64,000 nt of DNA, taken from NCBI GenBank assembly GCA_903887415.1, contig CAISPO010000001.1, positions 48,728-112,727 of the forward strand, read 5' to 3'. This DNA is from an uncultured Bacteroidota bacterium (GTDB taxonomy: Bacteria; Bacteroidota; Bacteroidia; Chitinophagales; Chitinophagaceae). This document shows, piece by piece, positions 37,444 through 48,016 of the stretch. Position 1 is the first letter of the stretch. The number at the start of each line of letters is the position of its first letter. Below the pieces are notes generated by a model. The model did not search any database. It was not told where the DNA came from and worked only from the letters and a program-made list of their open reading frames with translations. The position numbers were made by a program, and so were the translations under genes.

Positions 37444-39348
37444 CTACATGTGGTCAATATCCCTGCGCATCACCACCACTCTTCCCAATGCAACAATGTA
37501 TTCAAAATCTATATCTGGTTTCGTTTTGCTTTCGTGGGTGGAGTAGTGCCCGTTTATTTTCACCTCGCCGTCCAGGGCGTGGGCCTGCACATTCTGTACA
37601 TTTATTATCTCATCGCCCAGCACCATCAGCCCCTGCACATTCTTTATTTTCACATGGTCGTATTCTATTTCGTCTATCTGGGCATTAAAGGAGATGTTCA
37701 TGCCGGATGGGGCAATGAACGGCTCTTCAGCAGGCGCCGGGGTCACTGGTTTTGTCTTCGGCTTGGTGAATGTCTCCTTCCATTTATTTCCGTCTATACG
37801 GTCGGCCGTTAAGTTTATGGCGCCGCTGAGAATGCCTTTATGCAGGTAATAGCCCAGCAGGTTATTGATGCTTCCCTCGCCTGTAAACTGTGTGTTCAGG
37901 TACTTTGCTTTCAGGTTGCTCACCGTTATGTTTTCCGGGCTGAAGGTGAGCGCCATGCTGTTCAGTTGCGCCATCTCCGGAAATTCTTTTGAGCTGTAGC
38001 CAAGGTTATCAATGGTTATGGTGCCAGTCGCATCCAGCGAATCAAATTGCCGTTTTTCAGCATCAGCTATTGCCCCTTTTACTGCTACGTTGGCGTGGAT
38101 CGTTCCGGTCAGCTTTGTGCCTTCAGCCAGCTTCACAAAACTATTAATTTGCGAGAGGTCGATCTTTCCCCTGGCCGATGCTTCTACCCACTTGTTCGAG
38201 ACGGGCGTTTTCATCATTATGCTGAAATCAAATGGCTCCGGACCTATATCCACATGGCCTTTTTCCAGGTTTATTACGGTATGATCGGGTATGCCATCCG
38301 GGTTGCTGGCCACTAGCTTTAATTGCACGTTGCTTATTTTTTGTGCCAGCCCTGCATACTGCAGTGAGCCATCCTGTATGCCTACTGTGATATTAAAAGC
38401 AGGTATCCGCTCTTTATTGAATACCCCTTTTATGGTGCCAGACATACTCGCTTTGCCTGTTGTTTTAATGTCCTTAAAATTGTCGTCATATACACCCGGT
38501 ATCAGCGAAAAAAGGTCTTTAAAATCGTCCGATGGCATATTGAAAGTAATGTCCACATCAGTGTTCGCTGTGTCGCGCATTTGTACAAACCCTTTGGCGG
38601 TTACATCCAGCCCATTCAGTTTTATGCCCTTGGTGTCGAAACTGTATTTGTTGTTTCTGCGCTCTACTTGTATATCAAAACTGATATTTGTTTTCACTTT
38701 AGACAGGTAGGGTATCTTACCGGATACAACCGTCAATGCGGCGCATGACGTCTGCGTACTCAGTGTAAACAGATCATTTTTAAACTCCCCGGATCCTTCA
38801 TGAACAAGATCGTCAACTGTTGCATGTATATTCTTCTGTTCATCCCGGTATTCGATAAAGGCATGTTCTATGGCATATTTGCGCAGGCTGACGGTAAAAT
38901 GTTTTGGTTTGCCGGCGTCGGTGGTTTTTTCTCCGGAAGCTTTTACAATGTTCCAGTTAGCCACGCCATTTTTGCGCACGATTGCATGTATGCGCGGCTT
39001 TATAACACTGACTTTCAGTATATCGTAATCTCCCTTTATTGCCTTCTTTATATCAAGTATAAGGTCTGTCTCCTGCGCAGCAATGAGTGTGTCTTTGCTG
39101 AATGTTTCTTTACCGGTGATGCATAATCCGTGTATCCTTACAGAGAGGTGTGGGAAATGGCGGAAAAGCGAGATCGAAATATCTTTAAAATCAGTCCGTG
39201 CATCCAGGTTGTCATTTAGCCCGGCCTTGACTTCTGCCAGTATCTTATCCTTATAAAAAACAGGGATAATAATAGCTGCCCCTAAAAACAGCACAAACAA
39301 CAGGCCAATAAAAATAAATAGGAATCGAAAAGTTTTTTTGATAGACAT
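37444..39348 (-). CDS. AsmA-like protein, apparently C-terminally truncated
   Basis: N-terminal TM anchor, FKDISISLFRHFP, repeated beta-taco segments; ends abruptly after KPDIDFEY. Confidence 0.75.
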   Translation of the reverse strand: MSIKKTFRFLFIFIGLLFVLFLGAAIIIPVFYKDKILAEVKAGLNDNLDARTDFKDISISLFRHFPHLSVRIHGLCITGKETFSKDTLIAAQETDLILDIKKAIKGDYDILKVSVIKPRIHAIVRKNGVANWNIVKASGEKTTDAGKPKHFTVSLRKYAIEHAFIEYRDEQKNIHATVDDLVHEGSGEFKNDLFTLSTQTSCAALTVVSGKIPYLSKVKTNISFDIQVERRNNKYSFDTKGIKLNGLDVTAKGFVQMRDTANTDVDITFNMPSDDFKDLFSLIPGVYDDNFKDIKTTGKASMSGTIKGVFNKERIPAFNITVGIQDGSLQYAGLAQKISNVQLKLVASNPDGIPDHTVINLEKGHVDIGPEPFDFSIMMKTPVSNKWVEASARGKIDLSQINSFVKLAEGTKLTGTIHANVAVKGAIADAEKRQFDSLDATGTITIDNLGYSSKEFPEMAQLNSMALTFSPENITVSNLKAKYLNTQFTGEGSINNLLGYYLHKGILSGAINLTADRIDGNKWKETFTKPKTKPVTPAPAEEPFIAPSGMNISFNAQIDEIEYDHVKIKNVQGLMVLGDEIINVQNVQAHALDGEVKINGHYSTHESKTKPDIDFEYIVALGRVVVMRRDIDHM

Positions 39349-39487
39349 AAGAATATATAGAGTGCTGAAAATAAGTATAGTACAAGTTTGGGCAAAGGTA
39401 TTATTTGTCCCTAAAAAACGATTAGCGAAAAATAAAATTGCCGAAAAAATATCCCAGAGATAAAATACAACATCAAATCCAATAGAG

Positions 39488-39523
39488 GGTTCCCCGGAAC
39501 AAGGTCCCGATTTTTCATCGGGA
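39488..39523. repeat. 36-bp dispersed repeat, copy 1
   Basis: ggttccccggaacaaggtcccgatttttcatcggga. Confidence 0.85.
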
Positions 39524-39539
39524 AGAGACAGGAGCAGCG

Positions 39540-40178
39540 TTACGGGGTTTCCTTCAGCAACGCATTTATATCCCCTATCATCTTGTTCACATCGCCCGGA
39601 TTAAGGCCGTCATAAAAGCCGCGCACACGGCCATAACCGTCCACAAGTGTATAGTGCTTGTCGTGAATAAAATCTTTGTCTATACTCACACCGGTGGTGT
39701 CATCTTCAGCGCTGATGAGGTAGCTGTAGCGCGCCATATCATAGAGTTTTTTCTTGTCGCCGGTCAGGAACATCCACTGTGCAGGGTCTGCATCAAAACG
39801 CAGGCTGTATTCTTTAAGCGCCTTTACAGTGTCCTTTATTGGGTCCACCGTGTGGGATAGAATCAGCACATTTTTATTTCCCTTGAACGCTTTGGAAACC
39901 GTCACCATATTCTCATTCATCTTAGGGCACATACCCTTGCAGGTAGCAAAGAAAAACTCCACCACGCATATTTTGCCTTTTACGTCCTCATTGGTGATCA
40001 CTTTTCCATCCTGGTTCATAAACGAAAAGGGTGCTATGTGGTGGTTTTGGTCATTGCCAACAATAGGCAAAGCCAGCGTTTTTTGTTCGTGCATTACCTT
40101 GTAAGCATACCCCAGGAAGGCAACACCTAACAACATAAAAAAGGAAATGAGAAAAATAGTCGTCTTTTTATTGTTCAT
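39540..40178 (-). CDS. SCO1/SenC family copper chaperone
   Basis: FFFATCKGMCP (CxxxC), DPIKDT, WMFLTG, conserved His in FIHDKH. Confidence 0.93.
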   Translation of the reverse strand: MNNKKTTIFLISFFMLLGVAFLGYAYKVMHEQKTLALPIVGNDQNHHIAPFSFMNQDGKVITNEDVKGKICVVEFFFATCKGMCPKMNENMVTVSKAFKGNKNVLILSHTVDPIKDTVKALKEYSLRFDADPAQWMFLTGDKKKLYDMARYSYLISAEDDTTGVSIDKDFIHDKHYTLVDGYGRVRGFYDGLNPGDVNKMIGDINALLKETP

Positions 40179-40340
40179 GCAGCAAAGGTATTTACAAATA
40201 CCGATTGCCGATGTCAGTATATGCCAATTTCCCCTTAAAAACGCATATATTCATCTTCTGCATATTTTTACCAATCATCCAAAATAAAAATGCTAAATTA
40301 TTTCCCTAAGCCCAATGGTCTAAACCAAAGATTAATATAT

Positions 40341-40376
40341 GGTTCCCCGGAACAAGGTCCCGATTTTTCATCGGGA
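40341..40376. repeat. 36-bp dispersed repeat, copy 2
   Basis: Identical to copy 1. Confidence 0.85.
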
Positions 40377-40385
40377 GGGGAGGGG

Positions 40386-42554
40386 TTATTTCAGATTCTG
40401 GTCAAAGTAATCCGTTATCTTCTGCATCAGGTGCACCCGGTCTTTACCGCGCACATTGTGTTCATAGCCGGGATATACAAAGTAATCCACCTGCACCCCT
40501 TCATCAACAGCCTTTTTCAGAAAGGCGAGGCTCTGCTGCCATACTACCGTATTGTCATTAGTGCCATGAATAAGGAGCAGCTTACCTTTCAGGTTCTTTA
40601 CCTTGTCCAGCAGGTTGGCATGTTCATAACCATCCGGGTTGTCCTGCGGCCGGTCCATGTAGCGCTCGGTGTACATCACTTCATACATTCTCCAGTCCAT
40701 TACCGGGCCGCCCGCTACCGCGCATTTAAATACTCCTGGATGCTTTAGCATCAGAGATGTGGTCATGAAGCCGCCATAGCTCCAGCCGTGAACGCCCATC
40801 CTGTTCCCGGCTACGTAAGGTAACGATTTCAGGTAATCCGCACCCCGCATCTGGTCTTCCATTTCCACCTCACCCAGTTGGCGAAATGTGGCCTGCTCGA
40901 ACGCCAGCCCACGGTTCCAACTGCCCCTGCCATCCATGGTGAACACGATGTACCCATGCTGCGCCATATATTCATACCAAAGATTGCCGCTCTCCGGGAA
41001 CGAATTGTGTATGAGTTGCACGTTCGGGCCATTGTACAGGTACATTATTGCAGGGTATAGTTTTGTGCTGTCAAAATCTGGTGGTAGTATCAGTTTGCCG
41101 TAGAGCGGTATTGCGCCATCGGCGGTATTTACATTGATCGTTACATTCCTTATTTGCGCGCGGTTGTACGTATCAAGCGGATCCGGTGCTGCCAAAAGTT
41201 TTTCTGTAAAGGAGCCATTCGTGGAATAAATAACGCAGTTTCTGGGAATGCCAGGCCCAGTGTAGGTGTCATAGATATACTTACCATCTTCGCTGGCGAG
41301 CGCGCTATGCATGCCTGGGTCTTTATCTATCCGGTTCACCTTCCCGTTCTCCAGACCCACTGTATAGATGTGTTTCTCCAGCGGCGATTCTTTTGAGGCG
41401 GTGATAATAGCTTCCTTGCTTTTCATATTGAATCCTGCCAGTTCATTCACCACCCAGTTTCCTTTCGTGAGTTGGCGCACCAGTGTACCATCTGTTTTGT
41501 ATAAGTACAGATGGTCATACCCATCGCGCTCGCTCCACCAGATGAACTCATCATTTTTGCCGGGGATAAAAGTGAGGTTGTGCATGGGGTGCACGTACTT
41601 CGGATTGGTTTCTTCAAACAGAGTTTTTACCATTTCGCCTGTTTTGGCGTCATACTCATTCAACCAGAGGTGGTTCTGGTCGCGGTTCAGGATGGCGATG
41701 AACATATAGGCTTCATCCGGGCTCCAGGTCACGCTGGTCAGGTAGTGGTCTTTTTCATCGGTGCCGGTTTTCATAACGACCGTTTTTTTCGCAGCCGGGT
41801 CATATACGCAAAGTGTTACCTGGTGCGAAGGGCCGCCGGCCATAGGGTATTTTATTAGATCCACTGTAGCCGGAATAGTGTCCCAATGCGGGATAGGGTA
41901 GTCCCTTACCATCGTCTGGTCCATGCGGTAGTAAGCGAGATAAGTGCCCCTGGGCGAGAAAAATATACCATGGTCTATCCCAAATTCATCGCGGTGTACC
42001 GATTTGCCGCACACAATGTTTTTATCACTTTCATTGGTCACCTGCACAGGTGTGCTCTCGTACAGCCAGAGATTGTTGTCAATGGTATAAGCAATTTTGC
42101 GGCTTTTATCAATGGTCACATTATCAGCATTGTCGGGCAGGGCAGTCCACTTGTTCCAGCTCCATTTGTTGGCATCCAGTTTGCCGGTTATTATATCCTT
42201 CCCATTCATAAAGTAAGCATCATCCTTATCCAGCCATTTTAGGACAGGAAGGCTGCTTTTGGCCGTCTTCCCGGGATAATCGCCAGCCTCCACTATTGCA
42301 GTTATGGTCGCACCCTTTATTTCAAAATCCATGTAACTCCATACATCGGTGCTGTCCTTTTTATCCGCTTTCCAGAAGTGGTCTGTGCCCGGCTGCCACG
42401 AAGCGCCCTTAATGTTTTTAGGGGCCAGGGTAGTCGTCATGCCGTTGGTGGCCTCTGCCATGGTAAACATCTTTTTCTGTGCAGGGGTCTGTACAGAAAT
42501 GATCACAGCGCCCGCCAGCAGCAGGCATACTTTCTTATTGAAATTCATAAACAT
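40386..42554 (-). CDS. S9 family dipeptidyl peptidase IV
   Basis: GWSYGG nucleophile elbow, YTERYM, HGTNDNTV, YPGYEH. Confidence 0.95.
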   Translation of the reverse strand: MFMNFNKKVCLLLAGAVIISVQTPAQKKMFTMAEATNGMTTTLAPKNIKGASWQPGTDHFWKADKKDSTDVWSYMDFEIKGATITAIVEAGDYPGKTAKSSLPVLKWLDKDDAYFMNGKDIITGKLDANKWSWNKWTALPDNADNVTIDKSRKIAYTIDNNLWLYESTPVQVTNESDKNIVCGKSVHRDEFGIDHGIFFSPRGTYLAYYRMDQTMVRDYPIPHWDTIPATVDLIKYPMAGGPSHQVTLCVYDPAAKKTVVMKTGTDEKDHYLTSVTWSPDEAYMFIAILNRDQNHLWLNEYDAKTGEMVKTLFEETNPKYVHPMHNLTFIPGKNDEFIWWSERDGYDHLYLYKTDGTLVRQLTKGNWVVNELAGFNMKSKEAIITASKESPLEKHIYTVGLENGKVNRIDKDPGMHSALASEDGKYIYDTYTGPGIPRNCVIYSTNGSFTEKLLAAPDPLDTYNRAQIRNVTINVNTADGAIPLYGKLILPPDFDSTKLYPAIMYLYNGPNVQLIHNSFPESGNLWYEYMAQHGYIVFTMDGRGSWNRGLAFEQATFRQLGEVEMEDQMRGADYLKSLPYVAGNRMGVHGWSYGGFMTTSLMLKHPGVFKCAVAGGPVMDWRMYEVMYTERYMDRPQDNPDGYEHANLLDKVKNLKGKLLLIHGTNDNTVVWQQSLAFLKKAVDEGVQVDYFVYPGYEHNVRGKDRVHLMQKITDYFDQNLK

Positions 42555-42769
42555 TGATTAGTGGGGCAAACTTAGGGAATATTCATTGATTGCCCCTGCG
42601 TCATTGCTGCACAGAAAAATAGTGGTTACACAATGTGTGCACGCAAGGTGGAAAATTCCCACTTTAACGAAGGTGTGTGGGAGGGCGAAAGAAGCCAGGG
42701 GTATCTTAACTCACGCAAAACACTAAACAATCCAAATTCCAAACTACCAATTCCCAATTCCACCTCCGC

Positions 42770-43399
42770 TCACTTCATCACCCCGATATTATTCCGGAAA
42801 ATCTTTACAGCAATAGCCAACAGTATTACGCCGAAGAACTTACGCACTACCGCGATACCTGATGGCCCAAGTATGCGCTCCAGGAAATTCACAGAGCGCA
42901 ATGTGATGTAAATAATCACCAGGTTGATGAGAATAGCAATAAGGATATTATAATACTCATAAGCGGCTTTAAGCGACATAACCGTAGTAAGCGTACCGGA
43001 GCCCGCTATCAGCGGAAAAGCAACCGGTGCCAATGTACTGGAGCCTGCACCTTCTTTATCGGGCTTGAAGAACTCCAGCCCCAGTATCATTTCCAATCCC
43101 AGGATGAAGATAACGATGGAGCCCGCAATGGCAAACGACTTAATATCCAGCCCCATGAACTCCAGCATCTGCTCCCCAATAAAAAAGAATAGCAGCATCA
43201 GACCGCCGGATACCAGTGTGGCGAGTGCGGCATTAATATCGCCCATTTTCTTCTTTATAGATATGATCACTGGCAGTGAGCCAAGCACATCGATTACCGC
43301 GAAAAGAGTAAAGGTAACCGTGATGATCTGGGATATATCTGTTTTACTGAGTACAAATCCTTTCATAGTATAGCTAAGATAGCTATTTTTGCCGCTCAA
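42770..43399 (-). CDS. MarC family membrane protein
   Basis: FAVIDVLGSLP, FAIAGSIVIF, PVAFPLIAGSG. Confidence 0.92.
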   Translation of the reverse strand: MSGKNSYLSYTMKGFVLSKTDISQIITVTFTLFAVIDVLGSLPVIISIKKKMGDINAALATLVSGGLMLLFFFIGEQMLEFMGLDIKSFAIAGSIVIFILGLEMILGLEFFKPDKEGAGSSTLAPVAFPLIAGSGTLTTVMSLKAAYEYYNILIAILINLVIIYITLRSVNFLERILGPSGIAVVRKFFGVILLAIAVKIFRNNIGVMK

Positions 43400-43408
43400 T
43401 TAAAATAA

Positions 43409-44662
43409 ATGGCATTACTTAATTACACCCATACAGCCGCAGACCGGTTTATGCGCTATGTGCAGATAGACACACAAAGCGATCCCACATCGCCTTCACA
43501 GCCGTCAACAGAAAAACAAAAAGACCTGAGCCGCATACTGGTAAAAGACCTGCTCGAAATAGGCATCACCGACGCGGCGCTGGATGAACATGGGTATGTC
43601 TATGCAACCATACCGGCTACTAGCGATAAGAGTGTACCCGTGCTATGCTATTGCTCTCATGTGGACACTGCGCCCGATTGCAGCGGCGCAGGTGTGAAGC
43701 CAATACTGCACAGGAAATATGACGGTAAGGACATTGTACTGCCGGATGATACCTCTGTTGTTATCAGTGCCGAAAACCATACTTATCTTAAAGAGCGGAT
43801 AGGAGATGATATCATCACGGCATCAGGCCTCACGCTGCTTGGCGCAGATGACAAAGCAGGTGTAGCCATTATTATGGACCTGGCTAATTACCTGGTGCAG
43901 CACCCGGAGATAAAACATGGTAAGATACGCATCCTGTTTACCCCCGATGAGGAAGTGGGGCGTGGAGTAGCGGCCGTAGATATGAAGAAACTGGGCGCAC
44001 AATATGGCTATACGCTGGATGGCGGCGAGCGCGGCCACCTGGAAGGGGAGACCTTCTCGGCTGATGCCGCCATTGTTACGTTCCATGGCATCAGCGCCCA
44101 TCCTGGCTATGCCAAGGGCAAAATGGTACATGCGATAAAGGCGGCATCGGCTTTTGTGGCCATGCTGCCAAAAGACGAGTGGTGTCCTGAAGCCACCGAA
44201 GGGATGCAGGGTTTTGTACACCCCACGAGTATAGATGGCGGGCTGGAAACAGCCACTGTGCAGTTCATAGTCAGGGATTTTGATACCGTAAAGTTGGAGC
44301 AGCATGAGCAGCGGCTGAAAGGGCTGGCAGACCAGGCTGCGGCGCAGTTTCCCGGCGTTACGGTCAATTTTACTGTGAAAGAGCAGTATCGCAATATGAA
44401 AGAGGTGCTGGACAAACACTCCTACGTGATGGACTATGCCGAAGAAGCATACAAGCGCGCAGGAATGACTGCACAGCGCATGAGCATACGCGGCGGCACC
44501 GATGGGTCAAGGCTATCATTTATGGGGCTTCCCTGCCCGAATCTATTTACAGGGGAGATGGGTATCCACTCAAAACAGGAGTATGTGAGTGTTCAGGATA
44601 TGGAGAAAGCGGTGGAAACTTTAGTGCATTTGGCACAGATCTGGGAAGAAAGGACTAACTGA
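43409..44662 (+). CDS. pepT: Peptidase T (tripeptidase)
   Basis: SHVDTAPD, LGADDKAG, FTPDEEVG, IRGGTDG, PNLFTG..HS. Confidence 0.96.
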   Translation: MALLNYTHTAADRFMRYVQIDTQSDPTSPSQPSTEKQKDLSRILVKDLLEIGITDAALDEHGYVYATIPATSDKSVPVLCYCSHVDTAPDCSGAGVKPILHRKYDGKDIVLPDDTSVVISAENHTYLKERIGDDIITASGLTLLGADDKAGVAIIMDLANYLVQHPEIKHGKIRILFTPDEEVGRGVAAVDMKKLGAQYGYTLDGGERGHLEGETFSADAAIVTFHGISAHPGYAKGKMVHAIKAASAFVAMLPKDEWCPEATEGMQGFVHPTSIDGGLETATVQFIVRDFDTVKLEQHEQRLKGLADQAAAQFPGVTVNFTVKEQYRNMKEVLDKHSYVMDYAEEAYKRAGMTAQRMSIRGGTDGSRLSFMGLPCPNLFTGEMGIHSKQEYVSVQDMEKAVETLVHLAQIWEERTN

Positions 44663-44706
44663 TTTAAATTGAATCTTTTAGTGTCATGTCAACCGGATAT
44701 TTTTAA

Positions 44707-44760
44707 TAGCCCCGACCTTCAGTTTGGGTGTAGGAACTACATATGAGCGGCTTTAGCCGA
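44707..44760. repeat. REP-like composite (agcccc...gggt / ggctttagcc)
   Basis: Similar to the element at 52170-52230. Confidence 0.55.
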
Positions 44761-44844
44761 AATAAGTTAAAATGCATTTGACACGACACTAGATATACGT
44801 GGAATTTGTTTTAACGGTATCTTTGCAAAAATGACTCTGATATA

Positions 44845-45351
44845 ATGGACCGGAACTATAAGGCTATTTTACTTACTATATTGTCGTTGTCGGTTTTTGT
44901 AATTGCCATTTGCGAGTTGGTCAGGTTCAGCCACAGGGGCGGAGATGGTATTTTTGAAACAGGCAGGGCAGGCGAATCTTACCGGGGTGAAATATATCCG
45001 GTGCAGACCATAACCCGTACACAGCGGGCCGCGGAATTACCAAAAACAACGATGCAGTTTTACGAAACCAAGTACAACTTCGGCAGCATTCCTGAAGATC
45101 AGGTAGTGAAACATGCCTTCCGGTTTAAGAATACAGGAATGAACCCGTTATACATCGCGAAAACAGACGTTACCTGTGGTTGCACAGTGCCCACCTTTCC
45201 GCAGGAAATGATAGCGCCTGATGGCGAAGGTGAGATCACGGTTGAATTCAATCCCGCGGGCAAATCAGGGGTAGAGCAGAAAAATATCATTGTACACTCA
45301 AATGCCTTACCAGAGGCGGTATCCATATCTATAGAGGCGGATGTGAAGTAA
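44845..45351 (+). CDS. DUF1573 domain protein
   Basis: YNFGSI, FRFKNTG, CGCTVP, IAPDGEG..V.FN motifs. Confidence 0.88.
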   Translation: MDRNYKAILLTILSLSVFVIAICELVRFSHRGGDGIFETGRAGESYRGEIYPVQTITRTQRAAELPKTTMQFYETKYNFGSIPEDQVVKHAFRFKNTGMNPLYIAKTDVTCGCTVPTFPQEMIAPDGEGEITVEFNPAGKSGVEQKNIIVHSNALPEAVSISIEADVK

Positions 45352-45353
45352 AT

Positions 45354-46229
45354 ATGAGCGTCTTTAAAAAGTTTACAAATTATCTCTCGCTGATCAAGTT
45401 CAGTCACACAGTTTTTGCATTGCCCTTTGCCTTCATTGGCTTCACGCTGGCTGTAGTTTATTTTCATAATCTTTTTCGCTGGCAATTGCTGATAGAGATG
45501 CTGCTGTGCATGGTATTCGCCCGCAGCGCAGCCATGTCTTTCAATCGCTACCTCGACCGCCATTTTGATGCCCTGAACCCCCGCACCGCAAAACGGGAAG
45601 TACCCGCCGGTATTATAAAACCGCAACATGCGCTCCGGTTCACGATCATCAATTCAGTATTGTTTATAGCCACTACCTGGTTTATCAACCCGGACACCCA
45701 TATTTGTTTTTACCTGTCCTTTGTGGCGCTGTTCGTGATCCTGTTCTATAGTTATACTAAGCGGTTTACAGCGCTTTGCCACATCGTTTTAGGTATTGGG
45801 CTTTCCTTATCACCTATAGGGGCATTTATCGCTGTTACGGGCCACTTTGCTTTACTGCCGCTATTTTTCTCTTTTGCCGTACTGACCTGGGTAGCCGGTT
45901 TCGACATAATATACGCGCTTCAGGATGAGGCTTTCGACCGCGACAACAAACTCCATTCCATTCCTGCCGCATTAGGCGTAAAAAATGCCTTGATCGTCTC
46001 CACTATGCTACATGTATTATCGGCGTCCTTTGTGATAGGCGCAGGTATCATTGGCCATTTCAACTGGATATACTGGATAGGCGCAGTGTTCTACGCTGCC
46101 ATGCTCACCTACCAGCACCTGCTAGTAAAGCCCAACGACCTCAGCAAAGTGGGCATCGCCTTTGCCAATACTAATGGCTTTGCAAGTGTGGTGTTTGCGG
46201 TGTTTACGATTGCTTCGTTACTGGTGTAA
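45354..46229 (+). CDS. UbiA family prenyltransferase (MqnP/4-hydroxybenzoate polyprenyltransferase-like)
   Basis: LIKFSHTVFALPFA, NRYLDRHFDALNPRT, YSYTKRFT, FDIIYALQD. Confidence 0.9.
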   Translation: MSVFKKFTNYLSLIKFSHTVFALPFAFIGFTLAVVYFHNLFRWQLLIEMLLCMVFARSAAMSFNRYLDRHFDALNPRTAKREVPAGIIKPQHALRFTIINSVLFIATTWFINPDTHICFYLSFVALFVILFYSYTKRFTALCHIVLGIGLSLSPIGAFIAVTGHFALLPLFFSFAVLTWVAGFDIIYALQDEAFDRDNKLHSIPAALGVKNALIVSTMLHVLSASFVIGAGIIGHFNWIYWIGAVFYAAMLTYQHLLVKPNDLSKVGIAFANTNGFASVVFAVFTIASLLV

Positions 46230-46244
46230 ATAGTAAACGCACTT

Positions 46245-46871
46245 TTATTTGCTGTTTCTGAGTTTTTCAATATCTCGTTTTGTCAATAAGGAGATTGTAT
46301 TTAAGGAACCTTCTCTATGTTGGTCAATTGCTTTCAGAACAGAGTTTAATGGGAAGTTCAAAAAATCTACTCCATCAATTTTCGTTGCATATTCTTTTCC
46401 TTCTTCGTCTGTAACTATTGTCCAGTACATGTGGTATTCTTTTACGAGATATTGACCGAAAGCAAACCCAACTATGTTGACAAAATGTTCTTTTTCACAC
46501 TGAAATTTTGTGCTATCTACGTTCCATTCGTCAATCAACTTGTCTAACGTTTTTGGTGTATAATTGTTGATGTTTACACCATGTATGTATGACCGAATTA
46601 ATGAATCTGCACTCGTGAGACAATCCTTAATAAAAATTTCTTGCTGGACGTTTAACTTATTGAAAGCCTGATGTTCATCCGCGATTTCTGCTGTTTTAAA
46701 ATAGACTGTATCTCCGCTGATTGTATCATTTTCGTGCTTGTAGTCATTATCGGTTAGTTCACTGTATTTCTTATGTTGCATATCATTACAGGACAGGCAT
46801 ATCAAGACTGACAGCAACAATGACAAAGCCGTAACCAATCGATTATAGGATGACTTCTGCTTAGTTTTCAT
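46245..46871 (-). CDS. Lipoprotein with DUF3806-like C-terminal domain
   Basis: Lipobox CLSC; GFAFGQYL...W..VTDEEGKEYA...FP pattern; AT-rich. Confidence 0.65.
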   Translation of the reverse strand: MKTKQKSSYNRLVTALSLLLSVLICLSCNDMQHKKYSELTDNDYKHENDTISGDTVYFKTAEIADEHQAFNKLNVQQEIFIKDCLTSADSLIRSYIHGVNINNYTPKTLDKLIDEWNVDSTKFQCEKEHFVNIVGFAFGQYLVKEYHMYWTIVTDEEGKEYATKIDGVDFLNFPLNSVLKAIDQHREGSLNTISLLTKRDIEKLRNSK

Positions 46872-46898
46872 CGATAATGTGTTAAACGATACCTTTTC

Positions 46899-47912
46899 TC
46901 ACACCCTTACCGCCCCTTTATACATCTGCTCAATGATCCGCACCACCTCACGCCCTTCTTCCGCGCTGGTCATTACGGACTGATTGTACAGCAGCACGTC
47001 CACTACGTTTTGTATCACCTTGTCGTGGTTGCTCATAGAGCCCTGGTACAGGCCGTAATCGTTGGCTTTGGCCGTAATATTTATTGGGGGCAGGGTAGCA
47101 GTGGCTAGCTGCTGGTATTCTATAGTGTTCAGGTATTGGCCGCCTATTTTCACCGTTCCTTTTTCTGCAAATATGGTAATAGACCCTTCCATATTACGCT
47201 CATAAGCGCAGGTAGTAAAGTTGAAATTGATTATGGCATCATTCACCGCCTTCAGCACAAAACTACCCGTATCCTCTACTTCGGTATTATGTCTATGCGC
47301 GAAATTGTGTATCCACCCCTCTGCCTCTTTTACCGGGCCGTTGAGGTAGTACAATATGTCCACAAAGTGGCTGAACTGTGTGAAGAGGCAACCGCCGTCT
47401 TTATTCTTCTTTCCGCGCCAGTCGCTGCCAGCGTAGTAGCTGTCGCCACGGTTCCAGAAACAGTTCACTTGAATCATAAAGATATTACCCAGCTCATGGT
47501 TTGCCATTAACTTTTTCACTTCCCGTACCGGCGGGTTGTAGCGGTTTTGTTTTACCGCGAATATGGTCTTGCCTGTTTCATCTGCGGCTGCTATCATCCG
47601 GTCGCACTCTGCCACGCTCATGGCCATTGGCTTTTCTACTACAGTATGCAGGGCCGCCTTTAGTCCTGAAATGGTATGCGGTTCGTGCAGGTAGTTGGGT
47701 GTACATACACAAAGTACATCTGCTGTTGACTTTCCCAGCATTTCATCCACATTTGTATAAAAGGCAATGCCCTCTGGCACATGCGCCTTCGCTGCTGGAT
47801 CAATATCACAAACAGCAACCAGATCCGTATCGGGGTTTTGCAGTATTTGACCGGCATGGCGGCGGCCTATATTGCCAAAGCCAACAATGGAAAAACGAAT
47901 TTTATCGGGCAT
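46899..47912 (-). CDS. Gfo/Idh/MocA oxidoreductase (WbpB/WlbA-like)
   Basis: VGFGNIG, CTPNYLH, EKPMA, KQNRYNPP, QFSHFVD. Confidence 0.9.
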   Translation of the reverse strand: MPDKIRFSIVGFGNIGRRHAGQILQNPDTDLVAVCDIDPAAKAHVPEGIAFYTNVDEMLGKSTADVLCVCTPNYLHEPHTISGLKAALHTVVEKPMAMSVAECDRMIAAADETGKTIFAVKQNRYNPPVREVKKLMANHELGNIFMIQVNCFWNRGDSYYAGSDWRGKKNKDGGCLFTQFSHFVDILYYLNGPVKEAEGWIHNFAHRHNTEVEDTGSFVLKAVNDAIINFNFTTCAYERNMEGSITIFAEKGTVKIGGQYLNTIEYQQLATATLPPINITAKANDYGLYQGSMSNHDKVIQNVVDVLLYNQSVMTSAEEGREVVRIIEQMYKGAVRV

Positions 47913-48016
47913 AAACTTTCAAAAGTAAAAAACCTAAACGTAATAATTATCGTTTATTGTATAGGTATTTGTAAATTTACAGTAATAGGAGTTAGTTCGT
48001 TGATAAACAATGGCAC

